This document shows, piece by piece, positions 27,040-35,504 of a stretch of DNA of 64,000 bases (position 1 is its first letter; every line of letters starts with the position of its first letter). The DNA is from Vicinamibacteria bacterium (GTDB lineage: Bacteria > Acidobacteriota > Vicinamibacteria > Vicinamibacterales > UBA8438): positions 700-64,699 of the forward strand of contig CAUZIB010000011.1 in assembly GCA_963579735.1 (NCBI GenBank), written 5' to 3'. Under the pieces are notes generated by a model. It had not been told where the DNA came from and made no database searches. It saw nothing but the letters and a program-made list of their open reading frames with translations. The translations under genes were made by a program, and so were the position numbers.

Positions 27040-27969
27040 ATGTGGAAAATGCGAGGGCTGTGCATCTCGGTGGCGGTTATGGCGGCGGTTGTGGCGGGAC
27101 CCGGTGCGGCGGATGCCCAGCTGAGCGACACCACGGCGTTTCTGGCGGACCTCTCCAATCAGTATCGCGTTATCCCGAACGTGGTCTACCACGTCGCGAA
27201 CAACCACGAGAACAAGCTCGACCTGTATCTGCCCGCCAACACCAGCGACCCGGTCCCGGTGCTGATGATGATCCACGGAGGTGGCTGGGTCGCGGGGACG
27301 AAAGAGTCTCAGTTGTTGCGCGCGATGCCCTATCTCGAGCAGGGGTGGGCGGTTGTGAACGTGACCTATCGATTGGTCCAGGTGTCGCGTGCCCCGGCGG
27401 CCGTCGAAGACTGCTTGTGCGCGCTGCAGTGGATTGCGCGCAACGCGGAGAACTACAACTTTGACCTGGCGCGGATCGTCACGACCGGGAACTCGGCCGG
27501 CGGTCACCTGGCGCTGACCACCGGCATGGTCCCCGCCTCGGCGGGGCTCGGACGCGAGTGCTCTTCGGGCAGCTTCTCCGGGCCACCGACGATACCGTCG
27601 GTCGAAGTGGCGGCCATCATCAATTGGTATGGCATCACCGACGTGGCTGATCTCGCGCACGGCCCCAACACCAAGGGCTACGCGGTCCAGTGGCTGGGCG
27701 GTCTCGCGAATCGCGACGATGTTGCCCGGCTGACTTCGCCGCTCACGTATGTGCGCGCCGGGTTACCGCCGGTACTGACGATTCACGGGGACGCCGATCC
27801 GATCGTGCCCTATGAACACGCCGTTCGGTTGCATGACGCCCTCGAGGACGCAGGTGTCGAGACGGAATTGCACACCGTGGCCGGCGGTGGCCACGGTGGC
27901 TTCGACACTGCCGAAACGCTGGCCATCTTTGCGACGATCCAGCGGTTTCTGAGCCGACAGGGGCTCTGA
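27040..27969 (+). CDS. secreted alpha/beta-hydrolase fold esterase/lipase (HGGG type)
   Basis: GGAGGG RBS before ATG 27040 and signal peptide MWKMRGLCISVAVMAAVVAGPGAADAQ. Oxyanion motif IHGGGW, nucleophile elbow GNSAGG, and the C-terminal HGDADPIVP...GGGHG. Confidence 0.85.
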   Translation: MWKMRGLCISVAVMAAVVAGPGAADAQLSDTTAFLADLSNQYRVIPNVVYHVANNHENKLDLYLPANTSDPVPVLMMIHGGGWVAGTKESQLLRAMPYLEQGWAVVNVTYRLVQVSRAPAAVEDCLCALQWIARNAENYNFDLARIVTTGNSAGGHLALTTGMVPASAGLGRECSSGSFSGPPTIPSVEVAAIINWYGITDVADLAHGPNTKGYAVQWLGGLANRDDVARLTSPLTYVRAGLPPVLTIHGDADPIVPYEHAVRLHDALEDAGVETELHTVAGGGHGGFDTAETLAIFATIQRFLSRQGL

Positions 27970-27971
27970 CG

Positions 27972-28655
27972 CTACTTCAATGTGAAGTTGACCGTCACCG
28001 TCACAATGACTGCTACCGGGGTCCCATTGAGCAACGGCGGTGTGTAGCGCCACTGCCGCACCGCGTCGAGAGCAGCGTCGTCAAGCAGTGGCACGGAACG
28101 TAGAACCCTGACCTCGGTCACGCGCCCGGTCGTACCGATAATCGCCTCGAGAATGACGACGCCCTGAACTCGCGCCGCCTGAGCGACGGGTGGATATACA
28201 GGCGGAACGTCGGCCACCTTTGTTGGCGACCAAACGTTGCCGCCGATCCGGACCGGATTCTTCGGTACTGGCGGGGTCGGCGTGGCCAGGCGCAAGTATG
28301 TGCCGCCCACAACGGTTTTTCCCGCGGCCGTGCTTTCCACGCCATTCAAGTCAAAAAGTGGCTCTGTGACAGTCTTGTCTGGCGGGACGATGGGCGGAAG
28401 ACTGGAATCGCCCTCTTCTACAGGCGTTGGAACGTCGATGACAGGACCCGGCGGCGGTGGTGGAGGCGGTGGCGCCGCCACAAAGGTCAGCATCGATACT
28501 GGGGTGGGGAGTGCGTCGACCGCCATCAAAGGAACGACGGCAATCGCAGAGATTGCGGCAAGGTGAATCATGATGGATAGCGGGACGGTGTACCAGCTTT
28601 TCGCACCGACTCTGATACCGGGATTCGCGACCTCCCGAAACATGTGATCGGTCAT
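27972..28655 (-). CDS. TonB-family energy transducer
   Basis: From ATG 28655: an N-terminal TM helix (WYTVPLSIMIHLAAISAIAVVPL), a Pro-rich spacer (PPPPPPPPGP) and a TonB C-terminal domain (PVYPPVAQAARVQGVVILEAIIGTTGRVTEVRVLRSVPLLDDAALDAVRQWRYTP). No exbBD genes are adjacent. Confidence 0.8.
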   Translation of the reverse strand: MTDHMFREVANPGIRVGAKSWYTVPLSIMIHLAAISAIAVVPLMAVDALPTPVSMLTFVAAPPPPPPPPGPVIDVPTPVEEGDSSLPPIVPPDKTVTEPLFDLNGVESTAAGKTVVGGTYLRLATPTPPVPKNPVRIGGNVWSPTKVADVPPVYPPVAQAARVQGVVILEAIIGTTGRVTEVRVLRSVPLLDDAALDAVRQWRYTPPLLNGTPVAVIVTVTVNFTLK

Positions 28656-28968
28656 AGATACCTTCGTGGCTATTGGCGTTCTTGCCCGAGCCCGAATGTC
28701 CTCGCGGAGGCCAGTCTGTGCCCGTCCGAGAACGTGCTCTTCGCCGCGGAGACCTCGAACTCGCGGGTCCTTGCGCATAGAATGAGCGCTCGGTGACCCG
28801 ATCGCTGACGTGTCCAACGAGGCCGGTTTCTTGGTCGCACACAACGTCTGGAGGACGCCATTGTCCGTAACAAAGGTCTCTGGGTTTGTCGTGTTGGGTT
28901 TGGTCGTTTGGGGTGGAATCAACAGCCGTGCGCAAGTCGGCGACACGCCTCAGGAATGGCTCGACGCG

Positions 28969-31206
28969 ATGGGGATCGTCGGCTACGCCGATCGGTTGAG
29001 TGTGCAGCCGGGCGAGACCATCCAGTTCATGGTGAGTAGCCAGTTGCCACGGTATGAAGCACAGATTGTGCGTCTCATTCATGGCGATCCGAACCCGCTG
29101 GGACCAGGAATGAAAGAGGAGGTCTTGGAGACCTCAGCAAACGGAGAGTATGCCGGACGGCATCAGCCACTTGTCGTCGGGTCGTATGTCACGGTGCCCG
29201 ACGCACCGGCTCTGCGGCTGGAGGGCAGTTTTACGATCACGGCGTGGATTGCCGCGACCCGGCCGGGAGAGGTTGGCTGGTCGAATGAACCGGACGCTCA
29301 AGGCATCGTCACCAAGTGGTCCGAGGCCGATGGACAGGGATACGGGCTCTTCATTGATGCGGATGGTCGGTTGTCAGTCCGGGTCGGGGCGGGGTCGGGG
29401 CAAGTGGCGACAGTGGTCGCAGAGCCGCCTTTGCGCCCATGGGTGCCCGCCATCGTTGGTGGGACGAGTCCGCGCCCCCACGGCGTACCAACGGTGTGGT
29501 ATTTCGTCGCGGCGAGCTTTGACGCAGCCAGCAAGCAACTGACGGTCTATCAACGACCCCTCGACGCTCATCCAAGTGACCCAACCCGGGTGACGGTGGC
29601 GGAGACGACCGAGGTGTCCGGACCTGCGCCGACCGACGTCCCATTGCTAATGGCGGCGCGCTGGGCAGAGGACGGAGACGTTGGCGGGTTCTACAGCGGA
29701 AAGATCGACGACCCCAGGGTCTACAACCGTGCTCTGAGCACGGAGGAGGTGGATTCCATTGAGCAGGGTGGGGGACCCTTAGACGCGGTGGCGGCCTGGG
29801 ACTTTTCCGCGGACATCGCCACGGATCGCGTGCGCGACACCGCGCCGCGCGGGCTCGACGGTCGGACGATAAATCTTCCGACCCGGGCGGTGACGGGACA
29901 CCGCTGGGACGCGACCGAGATGGATTACCGGCAGGCGCTCGACCAGTATTCGGCGATCTACTTTCACGACGACGATTTGCTGGATGCCGCGTGGGATGTT
30001 GGCTTTGCCTTCGATGTGCCGGACGACTTGCCGAGCGGCGTTTACGCCGCCCGGCTCCAGACGACGACGAGCGAGGACTATGTCCCGTTCTTTGTTCGGC
30101 CATTGCAGGGGACGGCGACGGCAAAGATTGCCCTCTTGATTCCGACGTTTAGCTACCTGGCGTATGCGAGCACTGGGTCCAGCAGTTTTCCGAGACGGAT
30201 GAGCACATACGCCGGGCACACCGATGGCAGTGGGGTGACGTATTCGACCCGGCTCCGACCTGTGACGGACATGCGGCCCAAGATTGCGTCGAGGAACCCG
30301 TGGCAGTTTATGGCTGATACCCACCTCGTCGACTGGCTGGACGTCAAGGGATTCGACGTCGACATCATTACGGATGGTGATCTGCATTTCGAGGGTCCTG
30401 AGCTGCTCGAGCCGTATAACGTCATCATGACCGGCACGCACCCTGAGTATTACTCGTGGGAGATGTTGCAGGGGATGCGGACGTATCTCGAACAAGGCGG
30501 CCGCATGATGTATATGGGCGGTAACGGCTTTTATTGGGTGACGCCGATGGATCCAACCGGCACGTTCATCGAGCTTCGGCGCCGCGACGGGACCGAGGCC
30601 TGGCAGGGGGCACCCGGTGAGAGCCACCACAGCCTTACGGGTGAGCCGGGCGGCTTGTGGCGGTTTCGGGGCCTCGCCCCGCAGTGGCTCGTAGGAGTGG
30701 GATTCACTGCGCAGGGGTTTGACCGAAACTCACCGTTTCAGCGGATGCCCGGCAGTTTCGATCCGCGGGTTGCCTTTGTGTTTGAGGGGATCGGGGACAA
30801 CGAACTGATCGGGAATCATCCATCGTTGGTGTTGGAATTCGGTGGCGCCGGCTCGGAGCTTGACCGCGTGGACTTTGCTCTGGGGTCGCCCCCGCACACA
30901 TTGGTCTTGGCCAGCTCGTTTGGTCACTCCGACGCGTACCAGCACGTAGTCGAAGAGCTCAATACGAGTGACTCTCGACAAGGCGGCACGGTAAACCCGC
31001 TCGTAAAGGCGGATATGGCGTATCTCGAGTACCCAAACGGCGGCGCTGTGTTCTCAACGAGCTCAATTGCGTGGGGCGGGAGTTTGTCATTCAACGACTA
31101 CGACAACAACGTCTCGCGGATTACCGAGAATGTTCTGCGGCGTTTCGCCCAGGACGAGCCGTTGCCAGGTCCGCACAAGGAGCCGTCCGCCGGCGACTCG
31201 CCCTGA
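28969..31206 (+). CDS. homologue of the N,N-dimethylformamidase large (beta) subunit
   Basis: MGIVGYADRLSVQPGETIQFMVSS...VRLIHGDPNPLGPGMKEE... followed by a LamG-like segment, KIALLIPTFSYLAYAS, and C-terminal SSIAWGGSLSFNDYDNNVSRITENVLRRF. These closely follow the DmfA2 pattern as I recall it. An upstream in-frame extension to 28810 is possible but atypical for the family. Confidence 0.75.
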   Translation: MGIVGYADRLSVQPGETIQFMVSSQLPRYEAQIVRLIHGDPNPLGPGMKEEVLETSANGEYAGRHQPLVVGSYVTVPDAPALRLEGSFTITAWIAATRPGEVGWSNEPDAQGIVTKWSEADGQGYGLFIDADGRLSVRVGAGSGQVATVVAEPPLRPWVPAIVGGTSPRPHGVPTVWYFVAASFDAASKQLTVYQRPLDAHPSDPTRVTVAETTEVSGPAPTDVPLLMAARWAEDGDVGGFYSGKIDDPRVYNRALSTEEVDSIEQGGGPLDAVAAWDFSADIATDRVRDTAPRGLDGRTINLPTRAVTGHRWDATEMDYRQALDQYSAIYFHDDDLLDAAWDVGFAFDVPDDLPSGVYAARLQTTTSEDYVPFFVRPLQGTATAKIALLIPTFSYLAYASTGSSSFPRRMSTYAGHTDGSGVTYSTRLRPVTDMRPKIASRNPWQFMADTHLVDWLDVKGFDVDIITDGDLHFEGPELLEPYNVIMTGTHPEYYSWEMLQGMRTYLEQGGRMMYMGGNGFYWVTPMDPTGTFIELRRRDGTEAWQGAPGESHHSLTGEPGGLWRFRGLAPQWLVGVGFTAQGFDRNSPFQRMPGSFDPRVAFVFEGIGDNELIGNHPSLVLEFGGAGSELDRVDFALGSPPHTLVLASSFGHSDAYQHVVEELNTSDSRQGGTVNPLVKADMAYLEYPNGGAVFSTSSIAWGGSLSFNDYDNNVSRITENVLRRFAQDEPLPGPHKEPSAGDSP

Positions 31207-31251
31207 GGGTGGGGGGGACACCGAGGTCGTATCGGCGCGCGGGGTAAGCCG

Positions 31252-32523
31252 ATGTATCAGATCGAGGCCTGGGCCGGGTTGCGAAAGGCCCGCCGCGATG
31301 CCAAGGGCACCACGTCATGGTCGAGCGTTCATCGCAACGTCTGGGCGCTTGGCTTTACGAGCTTTTTCACCGACGTATCGTCGGAGATGGTCAGCACCGT
31401 CCTTCCCATATATCTGGTGCTGTATCTTGGTCTCACCCCGTTTCATTACGGTCTCGTCGACGGACTTCAACACGGGGGCACGGCGCTGCTGCGTCTCTTT
31501 GGCGGCGTCGCCGTCGACCGTACACGGCGCTGCAAGGAGCTTGCGATCGCCGGCTATAGCGTGTCCGCATTCTCTCGACTGGGGCTCTTGGCGGCCGGTG
31601 CCTCCTGGCCGCTTGTCGCCACCGTGGTTGCGGTCGACCGCGCGGCCAAGGGCCTGCGCACTGTCCCTCGGGACGTCCTCATTTCGCTGAGCAGCGGCTC
31701 AAGTGCGCTCGCAACATCGTTTGGTGTGCATCGGGCGCTCGATAGCGCGGGGGCGATGCTCGGACCTCTCGTGGCGCTCGGTATTTTGGCGGCCCTCCCA
31801 GAGGCGTTCGATGTGGTGTTTGTGTCGAGCTTTAGCGTGGCGGTCTGCGGAATGGGGGTCATCTGGCTTTTTGTCCGAAACGTCGACCCGGCAGTACTGA
31901 CGGGGGCCGTGTCGCCACCGATCCCGGCCGGACTGCGGAGTGTTCTTCACGACACCGGGCTGTCACGCGTGATGGTCGCGGCGACATTACTCAGCGCGGC
32001 CACGGTCAGCGACGCGTTTCTTTATCTTGTGCTGCAGCGGGAGGTCGGTTTCAATGCCGGGCTGTTTCCGTTGCTCTATGTGGGAACAGCGGGGAGCTAT
32101 CTGCTCTGTGCCGTGCCGGCTGGGCGGCTGGCGGACCGCATCGGACGTCGGACCGCGTTCCTCGGCGGCTATCTCTTTCTCGCTGCGGCGTATGTGGTCG
32201 CGATGCAGTCCGAACCCGGTGTGGGCGCCGTCGCTCTGTGTCTCCTTCTCCTGGGGGGACACTATGCGTTGACCGATGGTGTACTCATGGCACTGACCAG
32301 CGGGTTGTTGCCCCCGGCCCGTCGCGGGACTGGGTTTGCTGTGGTCACCACCGCGACAAGCGTGACCCGTGTGGTCGCATCAGTTGGTTTTGGGGCATTG
32401 TGGACACAGCTCGGGGCGCGCGTCGCTCTCGCTTGGTTCTTGACCGGTTTACTAGTCGCCATCGTCATCACGCGTCTTGTCGTGAGACCGGGCGTCGAGC
32501 GGGGCACCGACACGCGTGGCTGA
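31252..32523 (+). CDS. MFS transporter
   Basis: 423 aa with about 12 hydrophobic segments and MFS-type loops (RLADRIGRR). It lies 45 nt after the DMFase-like gene. Confidence 0.85.
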   Translation: MYQIEAWAGLRKARRDAKGTTSWSSVHRNVWALGFTSFFTDVSSEMVSTVLPIYLVLYLGLTPFHYGLVDGLQHGGTALLRLFGGVAVDRTRRCKELAIAGYSVSAFSRLGLLAAGASWPLVATVVAVDRAAKGLRTVPRDVLISLSSGSSALATSFGVHRALDSAGAMLGPLVALGILAALPEAFDVVFVSSFSVAVCGMGVIWLFVRNVDPAVLTGAVSPPIPAGLRSVLHDTGLSRVMVAATLLSAATVSDAFLYLVLQREVGFNAGLFPLLYVGTAGSYLLCAVPAGRLADRIGRRTAFLGGYLFLAAAYVVAMQSEPGVGAVALCLLLLGGHYALTDGVLMALTSGLLPPARRGTGFAVVTTATSVTRVVASVGFGALWTQLGARVALAWFLTGLLVAIVITRLVVRPGVERGTDTRG

Positions 32524-33721
32524 GTCTCGGAGTCGCCCTGGGGTCGTATTCGCAGGTCTGTGCGTGGCCTGCCTTGTGCTTGCCGTCGGGTACGCTTGGC
32601 ACGCGTCCGTGCGGCGGGCGACCCTCTTTGAAGGTCCTGCGCTTCCAGAGGTCACGAGTCTCGACAGACGGGTCGCCCTGTCGGAAGACCTGCTCGCCGC
32701 GTCAGGAGTAACCGCGTCGTCGAGTGAGTCGGCCCCCCCAGAGGATCTCGGCGCTGGACCGGATGGCGACAGCACTGAATCGCAAGACGTAGTTGCTGAC
32801 GAAAGGACGGGCCTGGACCCACCGTCGGAGCCGATCTTTCTCATACGCCATACGGGCCTCGACGCGAGCTATGGCGTCATGAGTGTGATACGTCTGGACA
32901 ACTCCGGAGAAGCCCGTCGAGGGACGCCGTTGCGATGCGATCGCCTCGATTTTGTGAACGAGCGAGGTGTCTGTCTTGCCACGGACCGCTTCTATACGAC
33001 TCACTCCATCATGGTGTTCGATCGGTCGTTCGAACCGCTGCACACGCTTCCGTTGAATGGGGTTCCGAGCCGGGTGCGTCTCTCTCGCGACGGGCGTCGG
33101 GCCGCGGTCACCGTTTTTGTCTCTGGTCACTCATATGCCGATGAGGGGTTTTCGACAGAGACGAGTCTGATCGATACCTACACGGGCGAACGGCTTGTCA
33201 GGAACTTGGAAGAGTTTGAGGTCCGCCAGGATGGCGCGCGTCTCAGAGCCGTGGATCTGAATTTCTGGGGCGTCACTTTCACCGATGATCACGATCGGTT
33301 CTTGGCGACACTTGGTACCGGCGGCCGAGTCTATCTGGTCGAGGGCAGCGTGTCGGACCGGCGAGTTACGGTGTTGCGCGAAGGCGTCGAGTGCCCCGCC
33401 CTGTCACCCGACCAGACCCGCGTCGCCTTCAAGAGACGGATATCCACCGGCACCGACTTCGCATGGCGTCTTTTTGTATTGGACTTGAGGACCCTTGTCG
33501 AAACCCCGCTGGCCGAGACTCGGCACGTCGACGATCAGGTCGCATGGCTGGACGACGACGTGATCCTGTACGCCCTGCCCGACCCGTCTGCGCCGACACC
33601 TCGCGTTACTGACATATGGCAAGTGCCGGCGGACGGCGGAGGAGAGTCCGAGCTCTTTCTTCGGCACGCATTCTCGCCCGCGGTGTTGCACGCAGACGGT
33701 CAGGACGACCCGGGACACTAA
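32516..33721 (+). CDS. membrane-anchored beta-propeller (TolB/WD40-like) protein
   Basis: GTG start overlapping the MFS stop by 8 nt. N-terminal TM helix (VVFAGLCVACLVLAVGYAW). Repeated strand motifs (RLSRDGRRAAVTVF, LSPDQTRVAFKR, AWRLFVLDL). Confidence 0.5.
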   Translation: MAESRSRPGVVFAGLCVACLVLAVGYAWHASVRRATLFEGPALPEVTSLDRRVALSEDLLAASGVTASSSESAPPEDLGAGPDGDSTESQDVVADERTGLDPPSEPIFLIRHTGLDASYGVMSVIRLDNSGEARRGTPLRCDRLDFVNERGVCLATDRFYTTHSIMVFDRSFEPLHTLPLNGVPSRVRLSRDGRRAAVTVFVSGHSYADEGFSTETSLIDTYTGERLVRNLEEFEVRQDGARLRAVDLNFWGVTFTDDHDRFLATLGTGGRVYLVEGSVSDRRVTVLREGVECPALSPDQTRVAFKRRISTGTDFAWRLFVLDLRTLVETPLAETRHVDDQVAWLDDDVILYALPDPSAPTPRVTDIWQVPADGGGESELFLRHAFSPAVLHADGQDDPGH

Positions 33722-33862
33722 GCCAGCGTTTCCGAAGTTAGAGTCGCCTGGCTCAACTCCACGGCTACAGGGGACGAGTCGGGTGAGCGCGACGAGCCGA
33801 TCGTGCGTCGTAAGGGGGTGTCTTGGTGTACGACGGGCAACGGAAATTGATACCGTAGGGCG

Positions 33863-34401
33863 ATGCGGGTAGTGATTACCGACTGGTTCCGGGTCTTGTC
33901 GCTTGGGGTGGCCGCCATTTGCGGTTGTCACGCGATTCCCTCCGCCCCAACCGACGCCGGACCGTTGGCGTCGCAATTGGCGTCCGGCCAGCCGACGGGA
34001 CAGTGGGATGTGGCCGTGGATGCTGAGGGCACCGGAACCCAGACGGCGCCCTTTGGCCGTATTCAAGATGCGCTCGATGTCGCCCGACCCGGAGACGCCG
34101 TCGTGATCTCGGGCGGGACCTATCGCGAGAGTATCGTCACTCGGCGGGACGACATACGGCTGGTAGGCGCCGGTGACGTGACGGTGACGGCGTCCGGTCG
34201 TGTGGTCGATGTCGGTCACTCGACAAGCTTTGAGAACCTTGCATTCGATGGTCAGTTCGGCACTCGGCTGACGTTCGTCTGTCCAACTCGTCCATTGCCG
34301 ATAGCGACCGCGGCATTCGCTATGAGGACGGCATCGTCGAGCACTCGCTCGTCGCCGTCACCTTCGACAATGTGTCCCGAGAGATCCAACGGGCGAACTA
34401 G
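33863..34401 (+). pseudogene. short or truncated right-handed beta-helix (DUF1565-like) protein with a frameshift
   Basis: Signal or lipoprotein-like N-terminus, then PFGRIQDALDVARPGDAVVISGGTYRESI. After ...FENLAFDGQFG the sensible reading moves to another frame (SADVRLSNSSIADSDRGIRYEDGIVEHSLVAVTFDNVSREIQRAN*, stop at 34399-34401). The frame switch lies about 34255-34265. Confidence 0.45.
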
Positions 34402-34468
34402 TGGCATCTCGACGGCGGTGCTCTAGACCATGCGAGCGGGTGGTGACCGGGTGGTAAGAGGAAGCAAC

Positions 34469-35500
34469 ATGAGCAATTGCTATCGATACGTCCTAGCGGT
34501 CCTTGCGTGTGTCCCAACGCTTGGGTGTGGCGAGGCGCCGGTGCCGACCGAACCGGCGAGGTCAGCGGGTGCGGACGATGCATCCGCGTTGAGCGATCGG
34601 CTTCCCTTCGTCGGGGCGTGGTCACTGGCGACGATCGAGCGGCGAAGCGCTGAAGGCGAATTGTTGTCGCCCCCGATTGAAGACCGTCTCGGTTATATCA
34701 TTTATGACGCGGCGGGTTTCATGGGCGTGACAATCATGCGGCCCGGCCGGATGCCGTATACCGAGGATGGACCGACTGCGGACGAGGCGCTCGCGCAATT
34801 CGGCAGCTACACGTCGTATTTTGGACGGTTCACCGTCGACCCGGCTCAGGGCACCGTCACCCATCATGTGGAGGGGAGCCTGAATCCGAATGGTGCGGGG
34901 TCCGACTACGAACGTGTCTTCACCTTCAGCGAAGACCGGCTCATTCTGCAGCCCCCGTCTGGGGAGGACAGGTCGAAGACATTGCTCTCCTGGGAGCGAC
35001 TGCCGGCTATGCCTCTGTCCGAGGTAACCGACACGCACCGCCTGCTCTTTGGTGCCTATCGGGTCGAGTCCGTGACGCGTTACACCACCGACGGGTACTC
35101 GCTACCTGTGGACCAGTATGAGTCGGCGTACATCTTGTACGCGCCGTCGGGTTATATGTCCGTGCATCTTATGCGACCGGGGCGTGCTGCCTACGCGGGT
35201 GATCAGCCGACGGCCGAGGAAGCGCTGAGGACGACCGAGACGTATGGGAGCTACTTCGGTCCTTTCTCAGTGCATGAGGTGGAAGGCTGTATCACCTGCC
35301 CCGGACCACGTGACCAGGGATACGTCGTCCACCACCGGGTGGGGAGCGAGAATCCTGGCGACAGCGGAACCGATGCGCGGCGCTACTACGAGCTGACCGA
35401 CACGCATCTCACGTTGCGGCCGCCGCCGCGCCAGGATGACGAGGGACGACAGGTGATTACCGTGCTCCGGTGGGCCCGGCTGTCGTCGGCGGCGCACTAG
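34469..35500 (+). CDS. lipoprotein with two tandem lipocalin-like domains
   Basis: ATG 34469 with RBS AGAGGAAG and lipobox (VPTLGC). There is an internal duplication: GAWSLATIE...GYIIYDAAGFMGVTIMRPGR...YTSYFGRFTVD...HHVEGS, and again GAYRVESVT...AYILYAPSGYMSVHLMRPGR...YGSYFGPFSV...HHRVGS. Confidence 0.7.
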   Translation: MSNCYRYVLAVLACVPTLGCGEAPVPTEPARSAGADDASALSDRLPFVGAWSLATIERRSAEGELLSPPIEDRLGYIIYDAAGFMGVTIMRPGRMPYTEDGPTADEALAQFGSYTSYFGRFTVDPAQGTVTHHVEGSLNPNGAGSDYERVFTFSEDRLILQPPSGEDRSKTLLSWERLPAMPLSEVTDTHRLLFGAYRVESVTRYTTDGYSLPVDQYESAYILYAPSGYMSVHLMRPGRAAYAGDQPTAEEALRTTETYGSYFGPFSVHEVEGCITCPGPRDQGYVVHHRVGSENPGDSGTDARRYYELTDTHLTLRPPPRQDDEGRQVITVLRWARLSSAAH

Positions 35501-35504
35501 TCCG

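Noticed and set aside
28440-28480. GC-rich short tandem repeat (GGCGGTGGTGGAGGCGGTGGC-like)
   Set aside because: It encodes the poly-Pro spacer of the TonB-family protein on the minus strand. It is not a CRISPR or a non-coding repeat.
29351-30630. Minus-strand ORFs of 257 and 283 aa inside the DMFase-like gene
   Set aside because: They are shadow ORFs. The plus-strand frame matches the DMFase large-subunit pattern along its full length.
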